A stretch of 50,127 bases of DNA, the filler included, from Jimgerdemannia flammicorona (lineage: Eukaryota), in NCBI GenBank assembly GCA_003990765.1. It is 2 parts of 2 records of this genome, joined end to end, with 100 filler letters (N's around TTAATTAATTAA, not from the genome) between each part and the next. Parts side by side here need not be neighbours in the genome. Positions count along the whole stretch, not along the records: positions 1 to 25,018 come from RBNJ01000892.1; 1 more part is not named here. One strand, given 5' to 3'. How positions within the stretch are numbered: position 1 is the stretch's first letter; the number at the start of each line of letters is the position of its first letter. Below the pieces are notes generated by a model. The model saw only the letters and a list, made by a program, of their open reading frames with translations. It did not search any database and had not been told where the DNA came from. The position numbers and the translations under genes were made by a program. Below are positions 12,601 through 25,118 of the stretch, piece after piece.

Positions 12601-14744
12601 TATTCATTCTAGCTGTATTTTCTAACTTGTATTCTGGTATATAAAACTGCATCAGGATGAATATTCCGAATCTTGATCTTGATTTCATCTTCATCATCAC
12701 TACCTTTGAGAAGAGCTAGTGGTTCATCATCCTCTTCTTCTTTTATTTTCTTTACTTCTCTTGCCTGTTTCTTGAGAGTCTTCTCTGTTCTTTGGTGATA
12801 GATCTCTTTGATTTTGCCAGTACACTGGTAATACTCATTGATATGCTCCATATAGTATATTTAGATCTCATGGGGGCAGACTTCTTGTGGTATATATTCT
12901 TCTATAATCTTCTTGCATTAGTCTTCTTTGCTCATCCATCTGATTTTCTTCTTCTTTTTCTAGATTGTTACCATATAGGCTTCTTCTTGTTCACTCTCTT
13001 CTTTCTCTATCTCAGGCAGGACTCCTTTATTGATATTGATTGGAATTCACATCTTCTATCTGTGATAGATAATCTACATCTTCTGGGCATTCAGGTCAAT
13101 TATTGTCTTGGCTTTGTGAAGCCATTGATTGCTGATAAGGATATCATAATTGATTGTATTAGTCATGATTACATCTACTAGAATGGTTGCTCTCCCAAAC
13201 TTGATGGAAATATCTTGGATCTTTTCCAGAGGTGTGGCTCTTGTACCATCTGCTGTGACAAATACCAATTTGGTTGCTTCTTCAACTTTCCAACCTAGAC
13301 AGTCTGCTGCTTTCTTACTGAAGAGATATTCTCCTGCTCCTGTATCAATAATAGCCTTAAAGACTTTATCCTCAATTTGACAGGTTGCATAGGCAGAGAT
13401 CTTATAGTTGTCTTTACTTTCTTCTCCTAAGTCTTCTTGAATGTTGTTGGCCTCAGTTATCTTCCATTCTTGCTTCTTGGTTGTTTCAGCAAGTTTATAT
13501 CTCATTTGCTGTCTAAATGTAGGTATTTCTGTAAGCTAGCCAAAGGTTGCATTGACCTTTTGTTGACTGAGATCTTTGAAGATATCATACTTGAAGATCT
13601 TGGTTTTGTAAAGCTTCTTCTTCTTTTCTCCTTCACTGGCTGGAGTAGTTCCTTAGATGATATCTTGAACAGCCTATTCTAGCTTCATATCTTGATCTAT
13701 TTCTTCACCTTGACTTTCTATAGCAGTCTCTATCTGCTTTTCCACAGGATTCTTCTTGGGTATCTCTGGTGGTCTCTTATAGGGTTCTTTGCAGATATCT
13801 TTCTTAGTAGTCTGTGCAGAGTAGATCTTTCAATTTTCTTCATCTAATTCTCCAATCTTCTTAAAGATAATGATATTGGCCTATTCCTTATTTTGAGTAG
13901 CATTACTTAGCTATGCCTTGCATTTGGTTTCACTCATATATTTATATGAGTAGTGGTCTTCTTCTCTACAAGTATAGCAGATACTTCTCTTCTTATCTGA
14001 GGTGGTAGTGAATTTCTGAACTGGGCAGCAGTCTCTTCCTTTAATTTCCTTTACCACATCTCCTAGGTAGGCAGTCATTTCAGCAAACCTCTTGGCAAGT
14101 TCCTCCATGAGGTCACTATTTCTCTGTTGCTTAGTAGCTCTTAGTTGAGGTGTGTTTTGATTGATTACTATGATAGGAATTATACTAGTTGCCTTGAGTA
14201 CTTCAATTCTAACTCCAGTGACTCTCTCTATTATATAGTCTTGTGGGTGTCTGACTATCCAGTATTGCTGAGCATAGGTGACCTTCTATATCAGATCCAG
14301 GACTATTAGTGATGAGCAGATGGCCAGGGCTATCTTTGAGTAGATTCCTTTCATAAAGGTTACTTCAGCTACTTGATCTCTGATAGTGGCAGCATAATCT
14401 GCAAGAATTATCTGATATTAAATTCTGGTATAGAATGTGTTTGGATCCTCACTCATTCCTTAGCATATTGTGTTGAGCTGATTCTTCAGTGCTTGCTTGA
14501 TCTCATTTGTATTGTATATGGCTTAGAGCCAGGTCTTCTATACTACTAGCATAGTATCATAATCATTTCCTACATGGGTTGCAGCTGTGAATGATACTCT
14601 TATTGATCCTCAGAGACTAAAGAGCATAAGAGTTACTTGCTATCTTGCTGTCAGGCCTCTTACAGTAGTATATTGCTCAAAATTATCAATAAAGGTAATG
14701 ATTGACTCATCTAAAGTATAACCATGAAATACTGGTAATCTCAT
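9648..14744 (-). pseudogene. Gypsy A gag-pol polyprotein (decayed)
   Basis: Gag start MRLPVFHG, zinc knuckle CYTCREEDH, protease IIDTGA, RT (SPWFSPVVL, RLCIDYRKLN, YIDDII), RNase H (LQTDAS, TDHSAL) and integrase (IAIDVI). Confidence 0.93.
12258..12640 (-). pseudogene. dUTPase domain between protease and RT in Gypsy A
   Basis: TTGLEITIPKNYIGILKTRSSLA, GGVINSDYIREI, QMLIF and ERGRKRFRYT are decayed trimeric dUTPase motifs 2-5. Confidence 0.85.
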
Positions 14745-14858
14745 ATCTATCTTGTCTGAATGTCTCAGTTATATAGTTGTTTGGATAGTGGTGGTTATTT
14801 ATTATTTAGCTTAAAAGTGAGGGATTCATCTTAAATTACTAGTCAATAAACACTAAGT

Positions 14859-15329
14859 TATAATGTAGCAGATACTTAACCTTAGAAGTATGTCAGATTT
14901 CTATATCTTAAAAACTTGATCTTCTTTGACTCTACAGAGTCCTTAAGATATAGAGGTGGATGAGTTTGAAATATATCTACTCATAGGCTTACTAGTTCCT
15001 TTGCTTTCTCTTTGCTTTTGAACTATTTCAATCAGAGGTTTATTCACTCTAGATACTGGAGGTATTTATACAAGTTTGCTAACTATAAGGTAGCTAAGTT
15101 ATAACTAAGTTATGAGTCACTTTTACAAATATTAATCCTTGATATCTGTTAAATCTTTAACAATCATCAAGAATTAACATCTGTGAATTCTTGACATTTG
15201 TGAAAACTTTAACATTTGTAAAATAACTGCTATTTGTAAGGCTATACTATATCAGGAATTGGGTTCAGGTACTACAATCAAATATCTAATTCCCCTGGTT
15301 CTTATTCCTAATTCAGATCAACTATTACA
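14859..15329 (-). repeat. 5' LTR of Gypsy A
   Basis: Direct repeat of 8658-9096, followed on the minus strand by a decayed PBS (ACT-TAGTG, probably TGGTG/TGGCG) shared with Gypsy B. Confidence 0.92.
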
Positions 15330-15689
15330 ATATCAACATACTGAGCCTCTGTCATATATTGGACAGAATGACAGATTCCATTACTAAATAGTATAGTACA
15401 GCTACTGACTTTCTTAGGCTATATGAATTTCAGTTTTGTCTTTGCATTGAAATTGTTTTCTCTATATAGAGTTGAAATGAAGGTAGAATAGTGAGTAAAT
15501 AAGATGATTAAACAATTTAACTGAACATTAAGGATTTGAAGATTATGAAGGGTATACTTGCCATGTTGTGCAGTGATGCAAAAGCCAAAGAAACAAACTC
15601 CCTGTAGATCTCTATTGGCTATGTTTTTGCAAAGTGCAAGGCAATTGCAGTTGGAACATAGGGTGGTCTCATGAGAGGAAAGAAAACAA

Positions 15690-17060
15690 CACATGGATAA
15701 AAAAACAATATGTGAGTAAGAAAACAATGTGTGAGTAAGAAAACAATGCTTAATGAGAAAACAGTGCTTGGATAAGAAAACAATGCAAATGCATAATTAA
15801 GAAGACACTTCATGCATAAGAAAACAATGCTCAGGTAAGAAAACAACGCATTGGTAAGAAAACAGTGCGAATGCATGAGTAAGAAAACACTACGTATGTA
15901 AGAAGACAAATATGTGCATAAGAAAACAATGCTTGGGTAAGAAGACAACGCGGGTAAGAGAACAAGAATGGGTAAGAAAACAAGCGTGGGTAAGAAGTAA
16001 CGTGTTGGGTAAGAAAACAATGTGTTGGGTGAGAAAACAACACATTGGGTGAGAAAACAATGTGTGGGTGAGAAACAACATGTTGGGTGAGAAAACACAT
16101 TGGGTGAGAAAACAATGCGTTGGGACGCGTCGGGTAAGAAACAATGTATTGGGTAAGAAAACAACATGTTGGGTGAGAAAACAATGCATTGGGTGAGAAA
16201 AAAATGTGTTGGGATGCGTCGGGTGAAAAACAATGGTTGGGTAAGAAAAAGACGTGTTGGGTGAGAAAACAATACGTTGGGTGTGAGAAAACAATGTGTT
16301 GGGATGCGTCGGGTGAGAAACAACGTGTTGGGTAAGAAAACAACGTATTGGGTGAGAAAACAACACATTGGGTGAGAAAACAACACGTTGGGTGAGACAA
16401 CAATGCGTTGGGATGTGTCGGGTGAGAAAAATGTTTTGGGTAAGAAAACAACGTGTTGGGTGAGAAAACAATGCATTGGGTGAGAAATCAATGCGTTGGG
16501 TGAGAAATAATGTGTTGGGTAAGAAAACAATGTGTTGGGTGAGAAAAAAATAAGTTGGGTAAGAAAACAACGTGTTGGGTGAGAAAACAACGCGTTGGAT
16601 GAGAAAACATCGCATTAGGTGAGAAACAACGTGTTGGGTAAGAAAACGATGTGTTGGGTGAGAAATCAATGCGTTGGGACGCGTCGGGTGAGAAATAATG
16701 TGTTGGGTAAGAAAACAATGTGTTGGGTGAGAAAAAAATACGTTGGGTAAGAAAACAACGTGTTGGGTGAGAACAACGCGTTGGGTGAGAAAACATCGCA
16801 TTAGGTGAGAAACAACGTGTTGGGTAAGAAAACAATGTGTTGGGTGAGAAAACAACGCGTTGGGTGAGAAACAACGTGTTGGGTAAGAAAACAATGTGTT
16901 GGGTGAGCAAACAACGCGTTGGGTGAGAAAACAATACGTTGGGATGCATCGGGTGAGAAACAACGTGATGGGTAAGAAAACGACGTGTTGGGTGAGAAAA
17001 CAACGCGTTGGGTGAGAAAAAAAATGCGTTGGGACGCGTTGGGTATAATGCGTGTAAGAA
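15690..17060. repeat. Tandem satellite/minisatellite, ~21-bp monomer GGGT(G/A)AGAAAACAA(C/T)G(C/T)GTT with 30-bp variants and a ~187-bp higher-order duplication
   Basis: Roughly 60 visible monomers; the long ORFs in the track here are repeat artefacts. Confidence 0.95.
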
Positions 17061-18629
17061 AATGGGTGTGCATGTGTTAGAGAATATATGTGGGAGAAAG
17101 TGACACGAAGAGGTGACTTTCCAGGTCGTAACCATAATGCCAGCCCCCAACTCAATTGCCTTAGGCCAAAGCAAATAAAATCCAGGGCTACTAATTTGGA
17201 AAATCTTCGCCCAGCAAGAGTAGTTTCCAGTCTAGGTGGTTTGGACCGGTGGGTTAATCCGGCCAGCACTGTAAATATTGGGCCTCCCAAGCCAGAAAGC
17301 TAACCATGAACCCAATGAGCCACGCATAAACCCATTAGCCACGACTTTGTGATCATCAAGACCTTTATAGGCTGAGCTGTTTTGCAAATAATCGTCGTTG
17401 TTTCATTATCGTTTTTACAGGTTGGAACAGGATAAGTCTGTCCCATTTAGACAGATGGTAGATTAGTTTGACGTATATATATGAGCTGGAAAATTCGAAT
17501 CACCAGGAAAATAAATAACTCGAACGGCAGAAATCTCCAGATGAGCTATATATGATATCAACCTGGCTTTTTCTGAGAACCCTATGTTGCTCAAGAAAAG
17601 TAGCATACTGAACTATTAGGTCATCAATATGAGGCTTTCATTTCTTCTTCAGTGACGTAACTACCTACTACCTGAATATCTTTTTTTTCTTGATCAATAT
17701 AAGGATGTATCTCTAGATAGTGATAGTTGTCCAGCTTTACAAAATTATATAAGGTGCTTTTACATCATTTGTATTAGACTTCAGTCTATCTAATATATAT
17801 CTTATAGTAGCTAGTAATGATACAAATATCATATCAACTGCAGATAGGTTTATTTCTAATAGATAAATAGATAAATCTCTGAAATTACATTCTACTCCTC
17901 TATCAAGTAATTTCAAGATAGATCAATAGGGTAATTTAAGACTGATATACTTTTGTATTAAATTTATATCATTAATATATATATTAAAGTCATTTATTTG
18001 ATTATACATATAAGAGAAATGTTATCTCTCAAAATATCATCATAGTATATTGGTAGATTACAAGTAGTGTAATTGAAAGTATTATAATAAAAATTATAAA
18101 CTCAATAATCTTTTTTATAATTCTAATGATTTACTGAACAATCAAAATAAGTATAGTATAAATTATATATAGAATTATTAGAATGATAATAATATAGAAA
18201 ATTTCCATTCTCTCATTGAGAATTTCTATAGTACTAACTATAATATTGTAAATATCTTCAGTCTGATAATAAACCAACCAGATATTAGTAAGATATTTAT
18301 AGGTATTTCATAGAAATATCAGGCTTTGAAATAATATCAGAAGATGTTAGTATGAACTTATATCAAAGATAATTAGCTTTAGGAAAATAAGACTCTTTAT
18401 TTATAAATATATATTTCAAACTATTACTATCCAATAGCTAAATCTACATACAAACTAAAATTTTATTATAATAACCTAACAATTATTTGAAATTCTTAAT
18501 TTTGCTATTAGCCAATACTTTGAATAGATAAATATATAATGAAATGCAAGTTTTGGTAATCTTGTAGTTTATAGTTAATGAGCTCAGGAATTTTGACTTA
18601 TTACTACTAGCTCTATAATAATGTATAGA

Positions 18630-21600
18630 GTAATATATCAATTTTCAGTCAAAGTCAGGGGCAAGAGATCTATGATATCTATTGTTATATATTTGAAAGG
18701 TCTTGATTTGATTTTGCTCAATCTAGGGGCATGGTCTTTTTAGTCTTGTTTGTTCTTCTGGCATTAGTTATATTGTTTTACAAATTGTCTAATATCTTCC
18801 TCCATATTAGGCTACTATATTGTTCTTCTTACTTTATCATATATATTGGTTCCTCCTAGGTAGCCTTGCTCATATATCTCTTTCATTATTTGCTCCTTCT
18901 TGTATTTAGGGATAACTATGCAGTTGTTTCTTCTGAGGGTTTCTCCATTGATTTCAAATTGTATCTATATTTGTTCAATAATTGTTTTTATCTATTCTTA
19001 TAGATGTTTGGACATTTTATACTGTCTGATATATGTGATGATTCTATAATAGAATTCTCTATTCATGGTAATGACTAGTATTGGTAGTCCTTTGGGGTAT
19101 CTGTAAGAGTGTATCTGTATTGGCATTGGTTCATTCTGATCTATAGATGATTATAGTATCATATACCTATAGCTTCATGGTCTAGCAGATATAGATTACT
19201 CTTTATTCAGTAGTAGTAAGAAGCCAGATTAATACTGCATGGTGTGTCTGAATCATGAAATATTGTCTGGTCAGGTAATAGTAGAAGAGATCTATAGCCT
19301 ATATTACAGCAGTATATTCTAGTTTGTATAATTTATAATCTCTCTCTGATCCTTAGATTTCTCTGTTGGTATAGACTATAACATATTCAATATTGCCTGT
19401 CTTCTATATAAGGACTACTTTGAATCTACATAATAGCACAAGTATCTGTAGTATAAATTCCTTGCTCCAGTCAGGATGTCATAGAATTAGTACTTGAATC
19501 AGTCTTCTCTTGAGGTAATTAAACACTTCTTATTGAAGTTCCTTCTACTTAAAGTTAGCTTTGGCTTCCTTCTTGAGCAGCTCATAGAGGGGTCCTGTGA
19601 TCTTTAAGAAGTTTTATATAAATCTTCTATAGTAGGATACTAGTCCTAAAAAGACTCTCAGCTCTATCTAATTCTTGAGTTTGAGATATCTGGCTATGAC
19701 TTTGATTTTGGAGTGATCAGTGTGAGTACCTTACTCATTGATAATATATCCAAGATAAGTAATTTCTGTCTCTGCAAAGATGCATTTCTTTGGCTTGATA
19801 AACAGACTATGTTACCTTAGTCTTTTGAAGACTTCTTCAATATGTCTGAGGTAGTCATGTTCTGTTTTGCTGAAGATAATCACATCATCTATATATACTA
19901 TAATCTATTTATTGAGATTGTCTTTGAATATAGTATTCATCATTCATTGAAAACTTCTGGGAGCATTGTATATTCTGAATGGTATTCTTTATATAATCTA
20001 TATATCATCTGGGGTTATGATGGCAGAGCACTTTTTGACTTTCTTGGTCATTCTTATCTACTAGAATCCTAAGTATAGGTTGAGTATAGTATATCACTTG
20101 AGCTTGTCTCCAAGGTTTGTCTGAATGGCTATAATATTTGGAAGAGGTTGTCTATCCTTCTTGGTTACTGTATTGAGTTTTCAGTAGTCAATACAAAGCC
20201 TAGAAGAAAATTCTCCTGGCTTGCTTTCTTTCTTCAGAGCTAGTATGATGAGAGAGCCCCAGGGACTGATCTCTTTCTTGATTATTCCAGTCTTCTCCAT
20301 TCTATTATGTTCTTCCTTGAGCTATTCTCTATAGGCTGGTGATAGTTATTGAGTCTTTTGATAAATTGGTTTAGCATCTCTAGTATTAATATCATAAAAG
20401 AATTGGGGTTTCTTCTTCTTAATATCAGTCAGAGATGTAGTAAGCATATTCTTCTATTGATTTATAAGCTTTCTGAGTTCTAGTTTCTTAGTGAACTTCC
20501 TTCTGATAGTATAGCTATACTTGTCTAATACTTGCTCTGATTAGTGCTTAAGTTCTGTGATTTTAGTAGTCAGGGTATTACTTCTTCTGATGGATCCAAA
20601 TCCTTGTAGTCCTCTTTTAGTGATGGAGAGTTAGTTGGTTTCTATGATTCTTGGTTGAGTGATAAGAAGGACTAGTATTTGTACTATGCTGTCTCCAGTC
20701 TTGACTTCAAAGAAGATTGTTGAGTTCTGATTTCTAACTATTATTATGACTTTTCTTATATAGTCTGGATTGATATCTCCTCCTTTAATCAAGATATTGC
20801 ATTTTGCTATACTACTTCTTGCTTTAAGTATTCTGACATATCCTTGAGATAAGGCTATAGCTAGGCCAGTTTCAAGTAAGGTACTTGTCTGTAGTTTGAT
20901 GATTGTATCAGAAGTGCTAGTAAGGTCAAGTCTAGCAGTATTCTTGGTTTTATATTCAGGTATTCAAGTATCTTTATCAAATCTCTTGACTCTAAGTATG
21001 AGATCTTTCTCATCATTAGAGTCTTCTCAGAGAGCTGGGGGTTTGTCATCCTTTTCCTTCTAGATCTGCTCAAGTTGATTCTTCAAGAATACTTTTTTTC
21101 TTTATCTGATTTGTTTCCTAACTTCAGTGATACATTGCCAGTAGTCATTTAGGTATTCACTATAATACATTCTGGTAATATAGAGATATCATTCTTGAGG
21201 AGCATATTCATCAGTGATCTTGAGATACTATTGCTTATCTGTCAGAGGCATCTTCTGCTTGGGTTTCGATGTGTATATGTAGACTTCAGTTTCTTCACTA
21301 CTTTCTTCCTCTATCTTAGAATACAGTCCTTTATTGATACTGATGGAGATTCTAAGCTTCTTGCCATGGTAGATAATCTATATCTTCTGAGCATTCATGT
21401 TGATTATGGCCCTTGCTTTGCTGAGCTACTAGTTGCCAATCAATAGATTATAATTTATTATACTAGTTATAATTATATCAATAGGGATAGTTGTATTACC
21501 AAACTTGATAGAGACATCTCTGATATTTCTCAGTAGTGTGGTATAAGTTCCATCAGTAGTGATAAATATAAGCTTTATAGCTTCTTCTATCTCTCAACTA

Positions 21601-23716
21601 AAGTGGTTGATGGCTCAAGTATCCTCCAGCTTCTGTATTAATGATAGCTTTGAAGATATTGTTTTTGATCTGGCAGATAGTATAGGCTGAGGTCTTGCAA
21701 TTATTCTTGCTCTCAGTGCTATCACTTTCTTCATCCTCCTCTTCTTATTCAGCATTATTGATCTTGATGATCTTGTATTTTTAGCTTCCTTCAACCTCAG
21801 ACAATCCTTTCCTGAGTTGTTGTCTGAATACAGGGATTTCTATCAGTTGTATAAAGGTCACACTGGCCTTTTATTCCTTCAGGTCCTTGAATATATCATA
21901 CTTATACTACTTGGTCTTATGAAGTTTCTGTTCTTTCTTTCCTTTACTAGCTGGGGAGGTTTTTTGGATGATTTCTTCAATAGCTCATTTTAGGTCTTCA
22001 TCTTACTCTATATCTTCAGTGACTTTTTCATTGATAGTGATCTTGAGTACTTCAGTCTTCTTTGGGTGTCCTACTGACTTCTTCTTATTATAGAGTACAC
22101 TTCTTCTCTTGGTCTTCTTTAATTCTATAGAGTAGGCTGACCATTCTTCATCATTAGCTTCATTACCAATTTCTTCAATAGTGATGATGTTTGCTTATTC
22201 TTGGGCCTTAGTTACATTACTTGGCTGAGCTCTGACCTTTGTTTTGATTATGCAATCCTTTGCAAAGTGGTCTTCTTCTCTGCATCTAAAGCAAGTATAG
22301 GTCTAGATGTGAGTTTCTTCAGTGGTTACTATTATAAATCATTGGGTAGATCTTGGTTTCCTTATTTCTTTTATAGTATCACTTAGATGTGTGATCATTT
22401 CAGTAAACTTCTTAATAAGCTCTATTATTGGGTCCAGGTCTTCTTATTATGGTAGAAGTTGGGTCTTATTAATTATTACTATTGGGAGAGTAGATGTGAC
22501 TCACAGAATGTTCTTGAGCTATACTCCTGTGATTCTTTCTATTATGTAGCCTTGTGAGTATCTGGTAATCTAGTAACATTAGGTATAGACTACTTTTCCT
22601 AGTAGGTCTAGTAGTATAGGGGTCAATCATATAGCAAGAGCTATTTCTGAATAAATATCTTTTATGAAGGTTGATTCTGCAATTTAATCTCTGATAGCTT
22701 TAGCATAGTCTACTAGAACTATCTAGTAGTAGATCCTAGTATAGAAGGAGTTTGAGTCTTCAGCCATGCCTTGTACAATAGTATTGAGTTGGTCTCTGAG
22801 AGCTTGTTTGATTTCATCTATATAGTATATAGTTCAGAGCTATATATTGATGTTTGAAAGTCTGATATCATCATTTTCTATAATTGTTGCTCTAGCAAAG
22901 GCTGCTCAGACAAGTCCTTATAGGCTTACTGGTAGGAGGGCCAGTTGTTGTACTATTGTCAGTATGTAAATAGTAGTATACTATTCAAAATCTTTTATAA
23001 ATATAATGATTGACTCATCAGTAATATATATATTCTTGGAATATGGGGGGCCTGATATCTATCTTGAGGTCTTAGTTATTGTTAGTTACAGTTGTTTATT
23101 ATTTAGCTTGAAAGTGAGAGATTTATCTTAAATCACCAGCTAATTAGCACTAAGTTGTAACATAGTAGATATTTATTCCTTAAAGTATATTATACTTCTT
23201 TATCTTATCACATAGAGTTCCAGACTCTAATATTCTTGATTTGGTAAGTTGTCTCTTATTCTTGAGTATGAAGCATAGTACTGAAGATAACTTTTATCAG
23301 AATACTACTCTCTTTAAGAAGTTGCTTTATCTTTAAGATATTTTGAACTGAGATTTATTTACTTGAATTACTGGGTATTTATATACTTTGTTTTGATACT
23401 GTAACTAAGTAATAGTGGCTAAGTTATACTATATTATCTTTCAACAATTATAAATATGAGAATAGAATACAGAAATAGTTTATAAGTAGTGAAGTCTTAA
23501 TCAGATAATTGCTACAGATATAGCTAACTATAGTAAGGTTAAGTAATATAAGCCAGATATAGCTATTGTTCATTATATAGTTCCAAATATATGTATGCTA
23601 TCATCTTCTAAGCCTCTGAGTATAAAACTAAGTATGAGTATGAGTATATAGATAAAGTTAAAAGAGTTACCTATTTATATAATTTATGCTCAGCCTATTT
23701 TGTATACTATATTACA
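18630..23716 (-). mobile_element. Ty3/Gypsy element B (5' LTR 23156-23716, gag-PR-dUTPase-RT-RH), truncated early in integrase
   Basis: Colinear with A. LTR reads TGTAAC...ATTACA followed by ATAT. RT motifs RLCIDY*KLN and VDDVII; integrase breaks after ITIDIIDLLPLTLTEN. Confidence 0.92.
20585..20963 (-). pseudogene. dUTPase domain between protease and RT in Gypsy B
   Basis: TARLDL (AGxDL), TGLAIAL..GY..LKARSS, GGDINPDY, TGDSIVQI and KRGLQGFGS cover all five dUTPase motifs. Confidence 0.9.
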
Positions 23717-23825
23717 ATATATAATTATATAGTTTTTATATATAATCTATTTAGATTTAACTAACTTATTTATATTAGAATAATATGAGATAACTATAAA
23801 TAGAGATATAGAATCTCAAGCTTTT

Positions 23826-25018
23826 AGCTTCTTTCTCCACTACCTTACTGGTCACAAGATTTGGTAGGCAACCTTCTGAGTCCCCTTTCCCCTATTATTA
23901 CCCCCTCTACCTTGGGTTGGTTTGCTGTGCCTGTATGAGTATAGTGGGAGGAGGGCAATGGTGATGAGTTGCCCCTTTATTGGTGTTGGATCAGTGTCTT
24001 CTCCACTTTTTCACAGTTTCTGGTGTCTTCGGCTACATCTGGAGTATATCTGTTTTGGTGCAGTATCTTCTTCCTTTTGCCATCACCAATAAGGTGCTGT
24101 CTCGGTGTGTCTCAGGCTATATAGGGAGTCGGCCAACCTTGGGCATCAAGTGCTCAGTATAGATTATCTATAGGTTCTCAGTGCCTATGATGGGGCCCTC
24201 TGGCTTTGGCAAGCTTTCTGGCAAGTGCAGTTCTGACATAGGTAACTGTTTTTCAGGTATTGTCAGGATGGGAGGGGAGATAGCTGTCACAGATAAGAGG
24301 ATGGGCAATTATGGTGAACCAGTGGAGTGCCAGGCTGGGGGTGGTTATTGAGACTGGGACAGATAATATTTTGGTAGGGCCTTTCATTTGGCTGGTGGGG
24401 GGTGGGGTGGTGCAGGGGCCAGTATTCTGGCTGTACCCAACTGGAACCAAGAGCTGATACAGCAATGTGATTGAGGCCTGTAGGCTTGAAGAGTGGGGTC
24501 TTCCTCATTTGGTAGTATCTGACTAGAACCAGAAGCTGATATGGCAATATGATCAAGGCCCACAGGCTCAGAGAGTGGGAGTGGGGTCTCTTCAGACCCT
24601 AGCCCATGTATAAGTCCTTTGAGGAAGGTACTGCATGTAAGTTCTTTACTCACCTGCTTTGAATCTACTTTGCTCTCTGTTGGTTAGTTGGGGGGTTTTT
24701 TTCTTTACCTCAGGCTTTCTTTTGGAGTTTAGAGGGCTATTCTTTATTCAGTTCCAGTGTTGCTAGATCTGATCATAGGTGTGCTCTTATATATAAATAA
24801 TGATCCAGCCCTAGTGAGCAGACAAGTCTAGTCTATATTGTAGGAGTCAATGTAGCTAGTGTTCAACAGGTATAACTAGAGTGGTGGGACTGCTGGACAA
24901 TTTAGTAGTCTAGGTTAATGAGGAGATATTATTCGATGGATAGTGGGGGAGGGTTTTGGCCTATATAGTCTAGGTTTCCTTCCAATAAAAATCTGCAGAA
25001 CTATGAGTCCATTAAAAA
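23826..25018 (+). mobile_element. Non-autonomous poly(A) retroposon X, copy 2 (tail runs into the assembly gap)
   Basis: Starts at the same TCTTTCTC.ACTA.CTTACTGGTCACA motif and ends GAGTCCATTAAAAA like copy 1. It has an internal ~80-bp duplication (24444 and 24526). Confidence 0.8.
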
Positions 25019-25118
25019 NNNNNNNNNNNNNNNNNNNNNNNNNNNNNNNNNNNNNNNNNNNNTTAATTAATTAANNNNNNNNNNNNNNNNNNNNNNNNNN
25101 NNNNNNNNNNNNNNNNNN
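25019..25118. other. Assembly gap with artificial linker N44-TTAATTAATTAA-N44
   Basis: Symmetric 100-bp spacer with stops in all six frames; contiguity across it is not guaranteed. Confidence 0.95.

Larger units (their letters stand above)
8658..15329 (-). mobile_element. Ty3/Gypsy LTR retrotransposon A, full length but decayed (gag-PR-dUTPase-RT-RH-IN-ORF3)
   Basis: Paired LTRs, ATAT TSD (8654-8657 and 15330-15333), PPT AGGAGGAAGT (minus strand, 9097-9106) and Gypsy domain order. Confidence 0.95.

Noticed and set aside
14836..14858. Apparent lack of a TGG primer-binding site (Tf1-like self-priming)
   Set aside because: ACTTAGTG in both A and B is readily a G>A-decayed TGG-type PBS, and I found no complementary sequence in the LTR.
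15619..17290. Long ORFs (206-466 aa) or a CRISPR-like array
   Set aside because: The ORFs are stop-free translations of the 21-bp tandem repeat in all three minus frames, and there are no unique spacers or cas genes.
17088..18630. Possible host gene exons next to the satellite
   Set aside because: Only a 71-aa ORF and a possible splice acceptor are present, and no protein family is recognisable.
25063..25074. TTAATTAATTAA palindrome
   Set aside because: It is an artificial six-frame stop linker centred in N padding.
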